From an uncultured Eubacteriales bacterium (GTDB taxonomy: Bacteria > Bacillota > Clostridia > Oscillospirales > Acutalibacteraceae): a DNA stretch of 64,000 bases. Below the pieces are notes generated by a model that saw only the letters and a program-made list of their open reading frames with translations, had not been told where the DNA came from and made no database searches. Position numbers and translations under genes: made by a program. How positions within the stretch are numbered: the first letter of the stretch is position 1; each line of letters starts with the position of its first letter. Shown here piece by piece: positions 1 to 8,079 of this stretch. The stretch lies in NCBI GenBank assembly GCA_964369415.1, contig CAYJFP010000003.1, positions 31,782-95,781 of the forward strand, in the 5' to 3' direction.

Positions 1-306
1 ATATATTACTTTTCGTTTTTTGTGAATTGTAAAAAAGTTAAATATTTCTCTAGTTGTTTACGGCAAAACGACTATGTATTAACTAAATCTTTCACAAATT
101 TATATATTTTTTTCATTACACCACAAAAGCTTTATTTATTCATACATAGTTATATTTCTATTTTAACAATTTATTATATTAATAGATTTTGTAAAACTAA
201 ATATTTTCTATTTAGAAATTATATTTAATTAATAATATCTCATTTTTATAACATCTTTAATAATTCTGAATATTTTATAAAACAATTTAACAAAATATTA
301 TTCAAC

Positions 307-335
307 TTGACTTCTTTTTATATCTATGCTATAGT
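307..335 (+). promoter_or_regulatory. putative sigma-A promoter of the ROK regulator gene
   Basis: TTGACT (307-312), 17-nt spacer, TATAGT (330-335). Confidence 0.45.
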
Positions 336-348
336 TTAACAAATCAGT

Positions 349-1560
349 TTGTTTAATTTTATTTTTAAGGAAGGTATTGAATTGGAAACAGAAAGAAACG
401 TTATACGCTCTAACAATAAAAATTTAATTGCAAATACAATCAGAAGTATCGGACCTATTACCATAGAAGATTTAGTCTCTTCTTGTAATTTAAGTAGACC
501 TACTGTTGTGGGTATTGTTAAAGAATTAACCGAGAACTGCATCGTCGAAAAAGTGGGATTTGAAAACTCTGTCACAGGTAGAAATCCTGCACTTATTGGT
601 ATATCTTCCAACAAGTATTTTTCTATCGGCATTGACATGGAGTTTCCTAAAATATCTTTTTGCTTCATGAATTTAAAATCTGATGTCATTTTTGCTCCTG
701 CTCCTGTCACTATTCACGATTCTAGTAATCCGAATGAATTCCTGAATAATCTTTGCAATAATATAGTTAATTCTTGCAACCAAAATGCCTTAGATTTGAA
801 GAATTGCATAGGAATAGCTGTAGGAACTTCGGGTGTCATAGATAGTAACAAGGGTATAATTTATTTTGCTGAAAGAGCTGCTAATTTTAACAATATAAAT
901 GTTAAAGAAATAATCAGTTCTAAGCTTAACTTGCCCGTTTATCTTCAAAATGATGTTCACTTACTTTCACTTTTAGAAGTCAATAATAATCCCGAGCTTA
1001 AAAACAGCAATTTTATTTATTTAGCCGTTCGGTCTGGAGTCGGCGCAACCGCATTAGTTAACGGCTCTCCCTATTTAGGTACCAACGGAAATTCTGGCTA
1101 TGTCGGACATATGGTTATTGACATTAACGGTAAAGAGTGCAAGTGCGGAAACAAAGGGTGTTTTGAACTTTTTGTAAGTAAAGAATCTATTGTTGATATG
1201 TACTGTGAAATTCTCAATCTACCTGAACAAATATCAGACTTAGTCACTATAGATAAAATTTTTATTAATGCGCAAAGCGGAGAAGTTCACGCTCAAAAAA
1301 TCATTGATGGTCTAATTAATTATTTAAGCATAGGTATCATAAATATCGTTAATATTTTTGATATATACAATGTAGTTATTGCTGGTTTTCCACATGAAAA
1401 CAACCATGATTTCTATTCTCAACTTAACGATAGAATTAAATCTAAAAGGCATTTTTCAGTGAGTAAAACAATAAATGTTTCTCCAAGTATTTCAGATGTC
1501 AACGACTGTAATATTGGGTGTGCACTATATATTGTCAATGAATTTTTCACTAATATTTAA
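349..1560 (+). CDS. ROK-family transcriptional regulator (NagC/XylR-like)
   Basis: N-terminal wHTH (PITIEDLVSSCNLSRPTVVGIVKEL). ROK sugar-kinase fold with zinc motif GHMVID...CKCGNKGCFE. True start is probably TTG 382, behind AAGGAAGG, because 349 lies only 14 nt after the -10. Confidence 0.85.
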   Translation: MFNFIFKEGIELETERNVIRSNNKNLIANTIRSIGPITIEDLVSSCNLSRPTVVGIVKELTENCIVEKVGFENSVTGRNPALIGISSNKYFSIGIDMEFPKISFCFMNLKSDVIFAPAPVTIHDSSNPNEFLNNLCNNIVNSCNQNALDLKNCIGIAVGTSGVIDSNKGIIYFAERAANFNNINVKEIISSKLNLPVYLQNDVHLLSLLEVNNNPELKNSNFIYLAVRSGVGATALVNGSPYLGTNGNSGYVGHMVIDINGKECKCGNKGCFELFVSKESIVDMYCEILNLPEQISDLVTIDKIFINAQSGEVHAQKIIDGLINYLSIGIINIVNIFDIYNVVIAGFPHENNHDFYSQLNDRIKSKRHFSVSKTINVSPSISDVNDCNIGCALYIVNEFFTNI

Positions 1561-1561
1561 C

Positions 1562-1594
1562 AAAAAACAGCTATCAGATTAGATAGCTGTTTTA
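1562..1594. terminator. bidirectional intrinsic terminator between convergent genes
   Basis: 9-bp stem ACAGCTATC/GATAGCTGT with 6-nt loop, flanked by an A-run on the 5' side and a T-run on the 3' side. Confidence 0.7.
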
Positions 1595-1597
1595 CTT

Positions 1598-2791
1598 TTA
1601 GGCATCGTCTTTTGTAATTTTCATAAGTACGAATTCAAAGTTATACTTTGAGTTATTTGTATTTGCGTAAAAAAGACTTTGAAGGCGCTTAAGCACCATT
1701 CTTCCCACTTCATAATCTTCAATATTAGGAAGCAAAAGAGCAAACTGACTTGGGCTGTATCTTGAAATTGTATCGCCACTTCTTAAATTAATTCTTAAAA
1801 GCTCTCTCAAATTTTTCATAGCAAAATCAAGCTCTAAAGACTCAATATCATCCACATTCATAGATTTAATGCTTACAATTCCTAAAAACATCTGCGTGCC
1901 AAATCTTTTTAAATTTCTCATATAAAGACGGTAAATATCTTTAAAAATCGTATATTCACACACAAATCCGCCCTTATCATCGTCACTTGCTTTAAGGTCT
2001 GTATAAATTTGTTCTATATTCGCCTCTGCTTTTTTCTCACTGTCCATGAGCTGTTTATAGAAATCTAAAATTTCATCTGAAGGCTTAACTCCAAGATGGG
2101 CATAATACAAGTCTGTAATATTCTGATACTGCACAAGAGCTTCTTTATGTTTACCAATTTTTAAAAGAGCCTGCATAAGCTCTATATTTAAAAGAACGTC
2201 AAAGACATCAATCTCAAGTGCAATTTTACAAATTCTTATTACCTCTCCATAGTCCTCTTGTTCGTTCAAAAGTCTTATATACTGATAAACTGTTCTTAGA
2301 TATAAATTATGATAATAATACGACTTAGGCGCTAACCATGAATTAATACTTGAATCAACAAACAAATCATCATTGTACATGAATAAAACTTCATCGAATT
2401 TCTCTTTAGCGTCTCTATTAAGCTCACTGGTGCTTTCAAGATCTTTACAAATGTCGTCAAGTTTGAAAATGTCAATTTCACAATCCAAATTTGGATTCCA
2501 CATGTAAGCGCCACGTTTTGTGACTATAGCGTCTTCAAGTCCGCACTGGCTAAGGTCCTTTCTAAGCCTACTGACAAGAGTCTTCAGTGTATTTTCCAAA
2601 TTCAAACTATCGTCTCCGTCCCAAAGGACTTCTATTATACGACCAACTGAAACTGGACGATTCTTATTTATTATTAAACATTCAAGTAATAAAAGTTTTT
2701 TTGGCGATTGCTTAAATCTTTTTGCTATGTCTTCGCCATTTACAATTATTCTCATTTCGCCTAATGTATATATATTAACCTTGTTTTGCAT
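1598..2791 (-). CDS. SARP-like activator (OmpR/PhoB-type wHTH + BTAD) with C-terminal degenerate GGDEF-like domain
   Basis: wHTH: TLKTLVSRLRKDL...VTKRGAYMW. BTAD-like helical region ending HLGVKPSDEILDFYKQL. C-terminus reads RSGDTISRYSPSQFALLLP where GGDEF domains read RxxD-x5-GGDEF. RBS GAAGGGAAG precedes the ATG. Confidence 0.7.
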   Translation of the reverse strand: MQNKVNIYTLGEMRIIVNGEDIAKRFKQSPKKLLLLECLIINKNRPVSVGRIIEVLWDGDDSLNLENTLKTLVSRLRKDLSQCGLEDAIVTKRGAYMWNPNLDCEIDIFKLDDICKDLESTSELNRDAKEKFDEVLFMYNDDLFVDSSINSWLAPKSYYYHNLYLRTVYQYIRLLNEQEDYGEVIRICKIALEIDVFDVLLNIELMQALLKIGKHKEALVQYQNITDLYYAHLGVKPSDEILDFYKQLMDSEKKAEANIEQIYTDLKASDDDKGGFVCEYTIFKDIYRLYMRNLKRFGTQMFLGIVSIKSMNVDDIESLELDFAMKNLRELLRINLRSGDTISRYSPSQFALLLPNIEDYEVGRMVLKRLQSLFYANTNNSKYNFEFVLMKITKDDA

Positions 2792-2817
2792 TTAAAAAGT
2801 TCTTCCCTTCAAATATA

Positions 2818-3978
2818 TCAAATAAAAGTATTCTCAATTCTAATTAATTTATAGCTGAAATTGTAATTTTTATTAAATTCTTCCTCATAAAAATTACCTT
2901 TAAGTCTTTCCATAACAGTCCTACCAACTTCCTCATCGGCAGCAGATGGTAGTAACGCGGTAAACTGCGTCGCACTGTATCTTGAGATAGTATCTCCTGT
3001 TCTAAGTCTTTGAACCAAGACATCCTGCAATTTTTTCATAATTTCATTCATTCTTTCAGGATCACTATCCTCTTCACATTTCGGTGTAACACTGACAAGA
3101 ACCAAAAACATTGATTGACCCAGTCTTCCTAAGTTTCTCATATGTAAATAGTAAATCTCTTTAAAAAGTGAATATTCGCAAACAAATGCACCATTAATCT
3201 CTTCGTCTAACAATTCTTCATTTATTTTCTCTATAGTAACAGTCTCTCTACTCTTAATAATTTTATTGTAATAGCTTTTCATTTTATCGGTAGAATCGAC
3301 ATTGGCAGAATCTTTTTTAATAACTGTTACATCCACCTTATTCTCACCAAGCTTAATCAAGGCCATTACCATATCCATATTAAAACTCGACTCAGCACTA
3401 TATATATGAAGAACCGCCTCGCACACTCTTAAAACATCTTTATACAAGCCCTCTACTTTTAAGAAATCAACGTATTTTCTCATCAATTTTAAAAATAAAG
3501 TTCTATAGTACTCTCTTTTTTCTTCAACAAAACACGCCGACTCCTCATTGCTTAAGAGTTCACCTTTGTATAATTTCAATATTTTTTCAAATCTACGTTT
3601 AAGGCTATCTGTAAATAAGGTTTCAGTTTCTATCTTCTGTGCAATATCATCAAACTCATCTGTATCTATTGTACATATGTCTCTATTCCACAGATATGCT
3701 CCAGCACGAGTAATTATCGCCAACGGATACCCATTATCATCAAAAATTTTTCTAATTCTGCTAATTCCTGTTTTAATGGCACCTATTCCAAGAATGCTCT
3801 TATTTTCTCCCCATTCCACCTCTGACAATTCAGCAAGTGTAACCGGACCTTTTTTAAGAATTATATATTCTATAATACTCTTTCTCTTAAAAGGTGTCTT
3901 AAACTTAGAAGAAACATCTGCATTCTTTATTTCTATACTAAACTCGCCAAACAAGCATATATCCGCAACTTTACTCAC
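2818..3978 (-). CDS. SARP-like activator (wHTH + BTAD) with C-terminal degenerate GGDEF-like domain; paralogue of 1598-2791
   Basis: Same architecture, alignable over the full length. C-terminus RTGDTISRYSATQFTALLP. GTG start behind GAGGGAG. Only 26 nt separate it from the downstream paralogue, so the two are probably co-transcribed. Confidence 0.7.
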   Translation of the reverse strand: MSKVADICLFGEFSIEIKNADVSSKFKTPFKRKSIIEYIILKKGPVTLAELSEVEWGENKSILGIGAIKTGISRIRKIFDDNGYPLAIITRAGAYLWNRDICTIDTDEFDDIAQKIETETLFTDSLKRRFEKILKLYKGELLSNEESACFVEEKREYYRTLFLKLMRKYVDFLKVEGLYKDVLRVCEAVLHIYSAESSFNMDMVMALIKLGENKVDVTVIKKDSANVDSTDKMKSYYNKIIKSRETVTIEKINEELLDEEINGAFVCEYSLFKEIYYLHMRNLGRLGQSMFLVLVSVTPKCEEDSDPERMNEIMKKLQDVLVQRLRTGDTISRYSATQFTALLPSAADEEVGRTVMERLKGNFYEEEFNKNYNFSYKLIRIENTFI

Positions 3979-4055
3979 TTCAAATCTCCCTCAATAAATA
4001 TAATGTCGATGATTAATTGAATCAAATCTTTAATCCAAACTTACACATTTTCAAT

Positions 4056-4084
4056 ATTATACACTATTAAAGTTACATTTGCAA
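4056..4084 (-). promoter_or_regulatory. putative sigma-A promoter of the regulator pair
   Basis: On the minus strand: TTGCAA (4084-4079), 17-nt spacer, TATAAT (4061-4056). Confidence 0.45.
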
Positions 4085-4102
4085 TACATTTAGCATACAT
4101 TT
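4074..4102. repeat. three direct TACATTT heptamers at exact 11-bp phasing (candidate SARP operator)
   Basis: TACATTTgcaa TACATTTagca TACATTT, starting at 4074, 4085 and 4096. They overlap the -35 of the minus-strand promoter. Confidence 0.55.
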
Positions 4103-4149
4103 TAAAAATATATGCTGTAACTATTAAATAATTAATCTATAGATTTGGA

Positions 4150-4177
4150 TTGACACTTTAAATCTTTGTGCTATAAT
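4150..4177 (+). promoter_or_regulatory. putative sigma-A promoter (extended -10) of the lipoprotein/pilus-like operon
   Basis: TTGACA (4150-4155), 16-nt spacer ending TGc, TATAAT (4172-4177). Confidence 0.55.
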
Positions 4178-4266
4178 AGTATATAAGAAATTAAATGTTT
4201 ATTTTACTTCAGTTTTATTAATTGAATTTTTAAGTTTATGTATCTCACCTATATTGGGAGGCTGAT

Positions 4267-5250
4267 TTGGAAATGAAGTTTCGAGCTATAACATGCTTTA
4301 TCATAACTATAGCTTTAATATTTGTACTTATAGGATGCGACAGTGGTCTTACCCCTCCTTTGGGAAGTTCTTCCAGTAATAGTGGTAGTACTACCCCATC
4401 GGGACAGTCCGACCCTAATGCTCCTAAAGGTGATAGAGATCCTGTCGCAGTTGTTTTACCTACAACCGCCGATGGGATAAGTGCATATACTGGCAACGCT
4501 GCCATAATAGATACATCAAACACGGCTAACGGTTATTTTATGGTAAAGTACACTGGAAGCAAGGAAAAAATCAAAATGCAAGTTACCCACAACGGCGGTG
4601 AACCTTATACTTATGACCTCATCCCAGGCGGCGATTATGAAGTCTTTCCACTTGCACCTGGCAACGGCTCTTACACCGTTACTATAAATGAAAACATTGA
4701 GGGCACAAGTTATGCGGTTGTCGATACTCATTCGTTTGAAGTCACTCTTGAAGACGAGTTTCAGCCGTTTTTACACCCTAGTAAATATGTAAATTATACA
4801 GATAGCCCTAACACTGTTGCTTTAAGCGAAGATTTAGCCGACGGAGCTTTTAACGACCTAGATGTGGTCGAATCCGTTTACAATTATGTGACAAACAATG
4901 TTTCATACGACCATGATAGAGCAGCCACCACCACTACGTTTTATATCCCTGATATGGATGTAACTCTTTCGTCAAACGCAGGACTTTGTTTTGATTATGC
5001 CGGCCTTATGACCTCTATGTTAAGGGCACAAAGAATTCCAACACAGCTTGTAATCGGATATGCTGGCGATGTCTATCATGCTTGGATAAGCGTCTATACT
5101 CCTGAAACGGGGTGGGTTAAAGATATTATACAGTTCGACGGTGTTAACTGGGTTAGAATGGACCCTACATTTGCTTCTTCTGCTGGAGACCCAAGCATAG
5201 AACAGTACATCGGAGACGGTAAAAATTATAACGCTATGTTCTTTTACTAA
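4267..5250 (+). CDS. lipoprotein with transglutaminase-like cysteine-protease core
   Basis: Signal peptide plus lipobox VLIGC. S/T/P/G-rich linker. Cys-His-Asp triad context GLCFDYAG...VYHAWISV...WVRMDPT. Start is TTG 4267 or ATG 4273, behind GGGAGG. Confidence 0.8.
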   Translation: MEMKFRAITCFIITIALIFVLIGCDSGLTPPLGSSSSNSGSTTPSGQSDPNAPKGDRDPVAVVLPTTADGISAYTGNAAIIDTSNTANGYFMVKYTGSKEKIKMQVTHNGGEPYTYDLIPGGDYEVFPLAPGNGSYTVTINENIEGTSYAVVDTHSFEVTLEDEFQPFLHPSKYVNYTDSPNTVALSEDLADGAFNDLDVVESVYNYVTNNVSYDHDRAATTTTFYIPDMDVTLSSNAGLCFDYAGLMTSMLRAQRIPTQLVIGYAGDVYHAWISVYTPETGWVKDIIQFDGVNWVRMDPTFASSAGDPSIEQYIGDGKNYNAMFFY

Positions 5251-5266
5251 TTGAGAGGGTGATAAT

Positions 5267-6322
5267 ATGGATAAAAAAGTAAAAAAAGTTAAACAAATTA
5301 GTACACATGACCTTTGCTATCTATTTGAGCAACTGTCTATCTTTTCAAAAAGTGGAATTCCAACTTGGGAAAGTCTTTACATAATAAGTCTTAATGAGAA
5401 AAATTCTGGCAAGACAAATGTATTTTACAGACTTTATGAATTGGTGGCAGACGGAATGTTCTTCTCACTTGCTATGAAGGAGCTGGGCTGCTTCCCATCG
5501 TATGCAGTTAGCATGGTTGAAATGGCAGAGCAAACAGGTAAAACAGAAGATGTATTCATGACACTTCATACTTACTATAGCAACCGTGACATTCTTTCAA
5601 AAAATATTAGGTCAAGCGTTGTTTATCCGCTTTGTATGGCTGGCATGGTATTTGCTGTTGTATTTATTCTGTTAGTTCAGGTTATGCCGGTGTTTGAGCA
5701 GGTTTTTGAAGGCCTTGGCCTTGCTTTAAATCCCGTTTCGGTCGTTCTTTTGGGAATCGGACAAACGCTTAATACCTATGCCGTAGCAATTTTGGCTGTA
5801 GTTGCCGCTATAATCCTATTTTTTGTAGTTCTAAAATTTACAAGCGGTGGAAAAAAACTCTTACTTTCATTTTATGAAAAATTTCCACTTACACGCCGTT
5901 TGTCAGAATCTGAAAATATATCTAAGTTTGCTTTTTCAATGTCATTAATGATAGGAAGCGGACTTGATGCCATAAGTTCATTAGAGTTTGCCTCTATGAT
6001 TACACAGAGCAAATCCCTAAAAAAGAAAATTGCTTTGATTAAAGCCGATATTGAAAGCGGTACCAATCTTTCAGAAGCTATAATTTCAAGAAAAGTATTT
6101 TCTCCATTTTATAATGGTATTGTCATAGGCGGTGTGAGAAGTGGTGCAATAAGCGAGACTCTCATGACAATCGCCGACAGATATTCAAATGATACGCAAA
6201 AGCAAATTCAAAAAATTCTATCTATTATCGAGCCTTTAATGCTCGCCGTTTTATGCCTTACAGTAGGACTTGTAATGCTCTCTGTAATGCTTCCGCTAAC
6301 CGGAATTCTCTCTGGAATGTAA
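5267..6322 (+). CDS. type II secretion / type IV pilus platform protein, GspF/PilC family
   Basis: Two GspF-type repeats. Cytoplasmic helical bundles (FEQLSIFSKSGIP..., MVEMAEQTGK...) alternate with TM segments. RBS GAGAGGGTG. Confidence 0.85.
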   Translation: MDKKVKKVKQISTHDLCYLFEQLSIFSKSGIPTWESLYIISLNEKNSGKTNVFYRLYELVADGMFFSLAMKELGCFPSYAVSMVEMAEQTGKTEDVFMTLHTYYSNRDILSKNIRSSVVYPLCMAGMVFAVVFILLVQVMPVFEQVFEGLGLALNPVSVVLLGIGQTLNTYAVAILAVVAAIILFFVVLKFTSGGKKLLLSFYEKFPLTRRLSESENISKFAFSMSLMIGSGLDAISSLEFASMITQSKSLKKKIALIKADIESGTNLSEAIISRKVFSPFYNGIVIGGVRSGAISETLMTIADRYSNDTQKQIQKILSIIEPLMLAVLCLTVGLVMLSVMLPLTGILSGM

Positions 6323-6334
6323 AGAGGTGGTATT

Positions 6335-6670
6335 TTGAAAAACAGTGCTTTGCTTTTTAGATTAAAAAATTTAATTAAAAGTACGGCCCTTTGGTCTATA
6401 GTTTTATTTGTTTCTGTGCTTTTAATTTTAAGTTTAAGTGTCACAGATGTGTCTTCTACTGTCACAGATGAACAACAAGTTCTAATTGAAGACATAATTA
6501 GAAGAAGTGCCGTTCAGTGTTATGCTATAGAAGGCTCCTACCCTAGCGATCTTCAGTATCTTATAGATAATTATGGACTATATTATAATAAAGAAGATTT
6601 TGCCGTTCACTATAACAATGTCGGTGGTAATTTACTTCCTGAAATCAAGGTGTTTTATTTAAGCGAATAG
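6335..6670 (+). CDS. small N-terminally membrane-anchored protein of the pilus-like operon, function unknown
   Basis: Single N-terminal TM (ALWSIVLFVSVLLILSL) followed by a soluble domain of about 70 aa. TTG start behind AGAGGTGG, 13 nt after the GspF stop. Confidence 0.5.
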   Translation: MKNSALLFRLKNLIKSTALWSIVLFVSVLLILSLSVTDVSSTVTDEQQVLIEDIIRRSAVQCYAIEGSYPSDLQYLIDNYGLYYNKEDFAVHYNNVGGNLLPEIKVFYLSE

Positions 6671-6686
6671 TAAAAGGAGGAGAAGA

Positions 6687-7175
6687 ATGAGGCCAGCTAA
6701 AAAACATTCAGCTGAAATAATTTTTGTCTTAAGTCTGTTTTTAATATATACTTTTTGCGCTCTCCTTCTCTCAGTTATGGGGGCAAATGTATACTCTAAA
6801 AACGTTGATGACTCTGAAAAAAACTATAATATGAGAACTTCTCTTTTATACATAACCGAAAAAGTAAGGCAAAACGAGTCTATCGGAAATATATCTGTGG
6901 GAACAGCTCTTGGAAACGACGCTCTAGTTCTCTCTAGAACTATCGACGAGACCGTTTACAACACTTGGATTTACTTTGAAGATGGAAATCTTTGTGAGGT
7001 TATTGTTCCTTCTAACCTAGAGATAGTTCCAAATATGGGACAAAAAATTATGTCTGTTTCAGCTATGGAATTTGAAATTAACGATAGTCTTCTTTCTGTT
7101 ATAATTACTGATGAAAATCAAAATCAGTTTTCCTCTAATCTTTTCTTAGAATGTGAGGTGGCTGTAAATGACTGA
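6687..7175 (+). CDS. N-terminally anchored protein with TadE/pseudopilin-like N-terminus (recalls DUF4860)
   Basis: N-terminus KKHSAEIIFVLSLFLIY: basic residues, small residue, Glu, then a hydrophobic helix. Strong RBS AAAGGAGGAG. Confidence 0.5.
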   Translation: MRPAKKHSAEIIFVLSLFLIYTFCALLLSVMGANVYSKNVDDSEKNYNMRTSLLYITEKVRQNESIGNISVGTALGNDALVLSRTIDETVYNTWIYFEDGNLCEVIVPSNLEIVPNMGQKIMSVSAMEFEINDSLLSVIITDENQNQFSSNLFLECEVAVND

Positions 7176-7593
7176 AAACAAATCTAAAACCAAATATTTT
7201 TTAATTGAACTTATAGTTAACTGCATGTTTTTTGCAATTTCAGCTGCAATTTGTGCAAATGTTTTTGCCATAGGTCATGTCGAAAGTGAAGCGAGTAGGG
7301 ATTTATCTATCGCTACTGTCGAAACACAAAACATAGCGGAGATTGTAAAATATAGCGGTGGCGACATCACAAAAATTTCTGATTTACTGTCGGCTACTGT
7401 AGATAGTGAAAGTAATCTAAATATTTATTATGACGATAATTTTGTAAGGACTGATTCAAAACAAAATGCCGTATATACTATCTCACTTACATTTACAAAT
7501 GTAGATAATATCTTATATTCTCATATAGAAACAATTAAAGAATCTGAAAGTATCTTCGAGCTTAACTGCTCACTTTATACGCAAAATTTATGA
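7168..7593 (+). CDS. pseudopilin-like protein with degenerate class III signal
   Basis: KSKTKYFLIELIVNCMFFAISAAI resembles K-G|FTLIELIV but has Tyr where the -1 Gly is expected. The 8-nt overlap with the previous gene suggests translational coupling. Confidence 0.5.
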   Translation: MTENKSKTKYFLIELIVNCMFFAISAAICANVFAIGHVESEASRDLSIATVETQNIAEIVKYSGGDITKISDLLSATVDSESNLNIYYDDNFVRTDSKQNAVYTISLTFTNVDNILYSHIETIKESESIFELNCSLYTQNL

Positions 7594-7620
7594 TAAAATC
7601 TTATTTAAGGAGGTGAACAC

Positions 7621-8037
7621 ATGAAAGAAAATCATGCTAAAGCCGTCGTAAGTACTGGTATTGTCTCGCTTGTCACTTTTTTCACTGTTATGCTTCTAGC
7701 TTCGTTTTCCGTTTTGATTTTGATTAGTGCAAGGTCAGATGCAGAACTTTCGGGCAAAGCCGCTGATTCACTTAGTGAATACTATTTAGCAGATAGCAAG
7801 TCTGAAGAAAAGCTCGCTGAGCTTCAAAACCTGTGTTCAAACACCTCTTATGAGGAACTTGAATCTGTCCTTGTCCAAAACGGTTTTAACGTTTACACCC
7901 TTGATGGCTATGACGGATTAATAGTAAATTACGATACTGAAATCAGTGATTTAAAATATTTATCTGCTGAAATTTTTATCCCTGTCGCAGATAAAGATTC
8001 CCCTCAAAAAATAACTTGGAAAATTATTTTAACATAA
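7621..8037 (+). CDS. small N-terminally membrane-anchored protein of the pilus-like operon
   Basis: N-terminal TM (IVSLVTFFTVMLLASFSVLILIS) followed by a soluble domain. RBS AAGGAGGTG. Confidence 0.5.
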   Translation: MKENHAKAVVSTGIVSLVTFFTVMLLASFSVLILISARSDAELSGKAADSLSEYYLADSKSEEKLAELQNLCSNTSYEELESVLVQNGFNVYTLDGYDGLIVNYDTEISDLKYLSAEIFIPVADKDSPQKITWKIILT

Positions 8038-8079
8038 CAATAAAAATACATGCCGACAATCGGCGAAAGGAGCATTTTT

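Noticed and set aside
22-228. 68-aa ORF in the AT-rich leftmost 300 nt.
   Set aside because: Extremely AT-rich, low-complexity translation rich in Ile, Phe, Tyr and Lys. No SD sequence and no recognisable motif. Best read as non-coding promoter-distal DNA.
4178-4266. Possible c-di-GMP riboswitch in the leader of the pilus-like operon, by analogy with Clostridioides difficile pilA1. The hyd leader (47182-47353) was also checked.
   Set aside because: Both leaders are AT-rich. They lack the conserved GEMM-I elements (GGCAAACC / ACGCAAAGC-type) and any class II pseudoknot signature. The CGCAAAGC at about 47308 has no partner elements.
8050-8079. N-terminal extensions given by the ORF track for several genes. 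These are 8050 (pilT), 21311 (ruvC), 21865 (ruvA), 26459 (ecfA1), 29753, 32787, 37518, 38365, 39469, 39738, 42048, 46505, 54463 and 61894.
   Set aside because: In each case an internal ATG, GTG or TTG is preceded at 5-10 nt by a clear GGAGG-type SD and gives a family-typical N-terminus. The longer version lacks an SD or overlaps the upstream gene or promoter.
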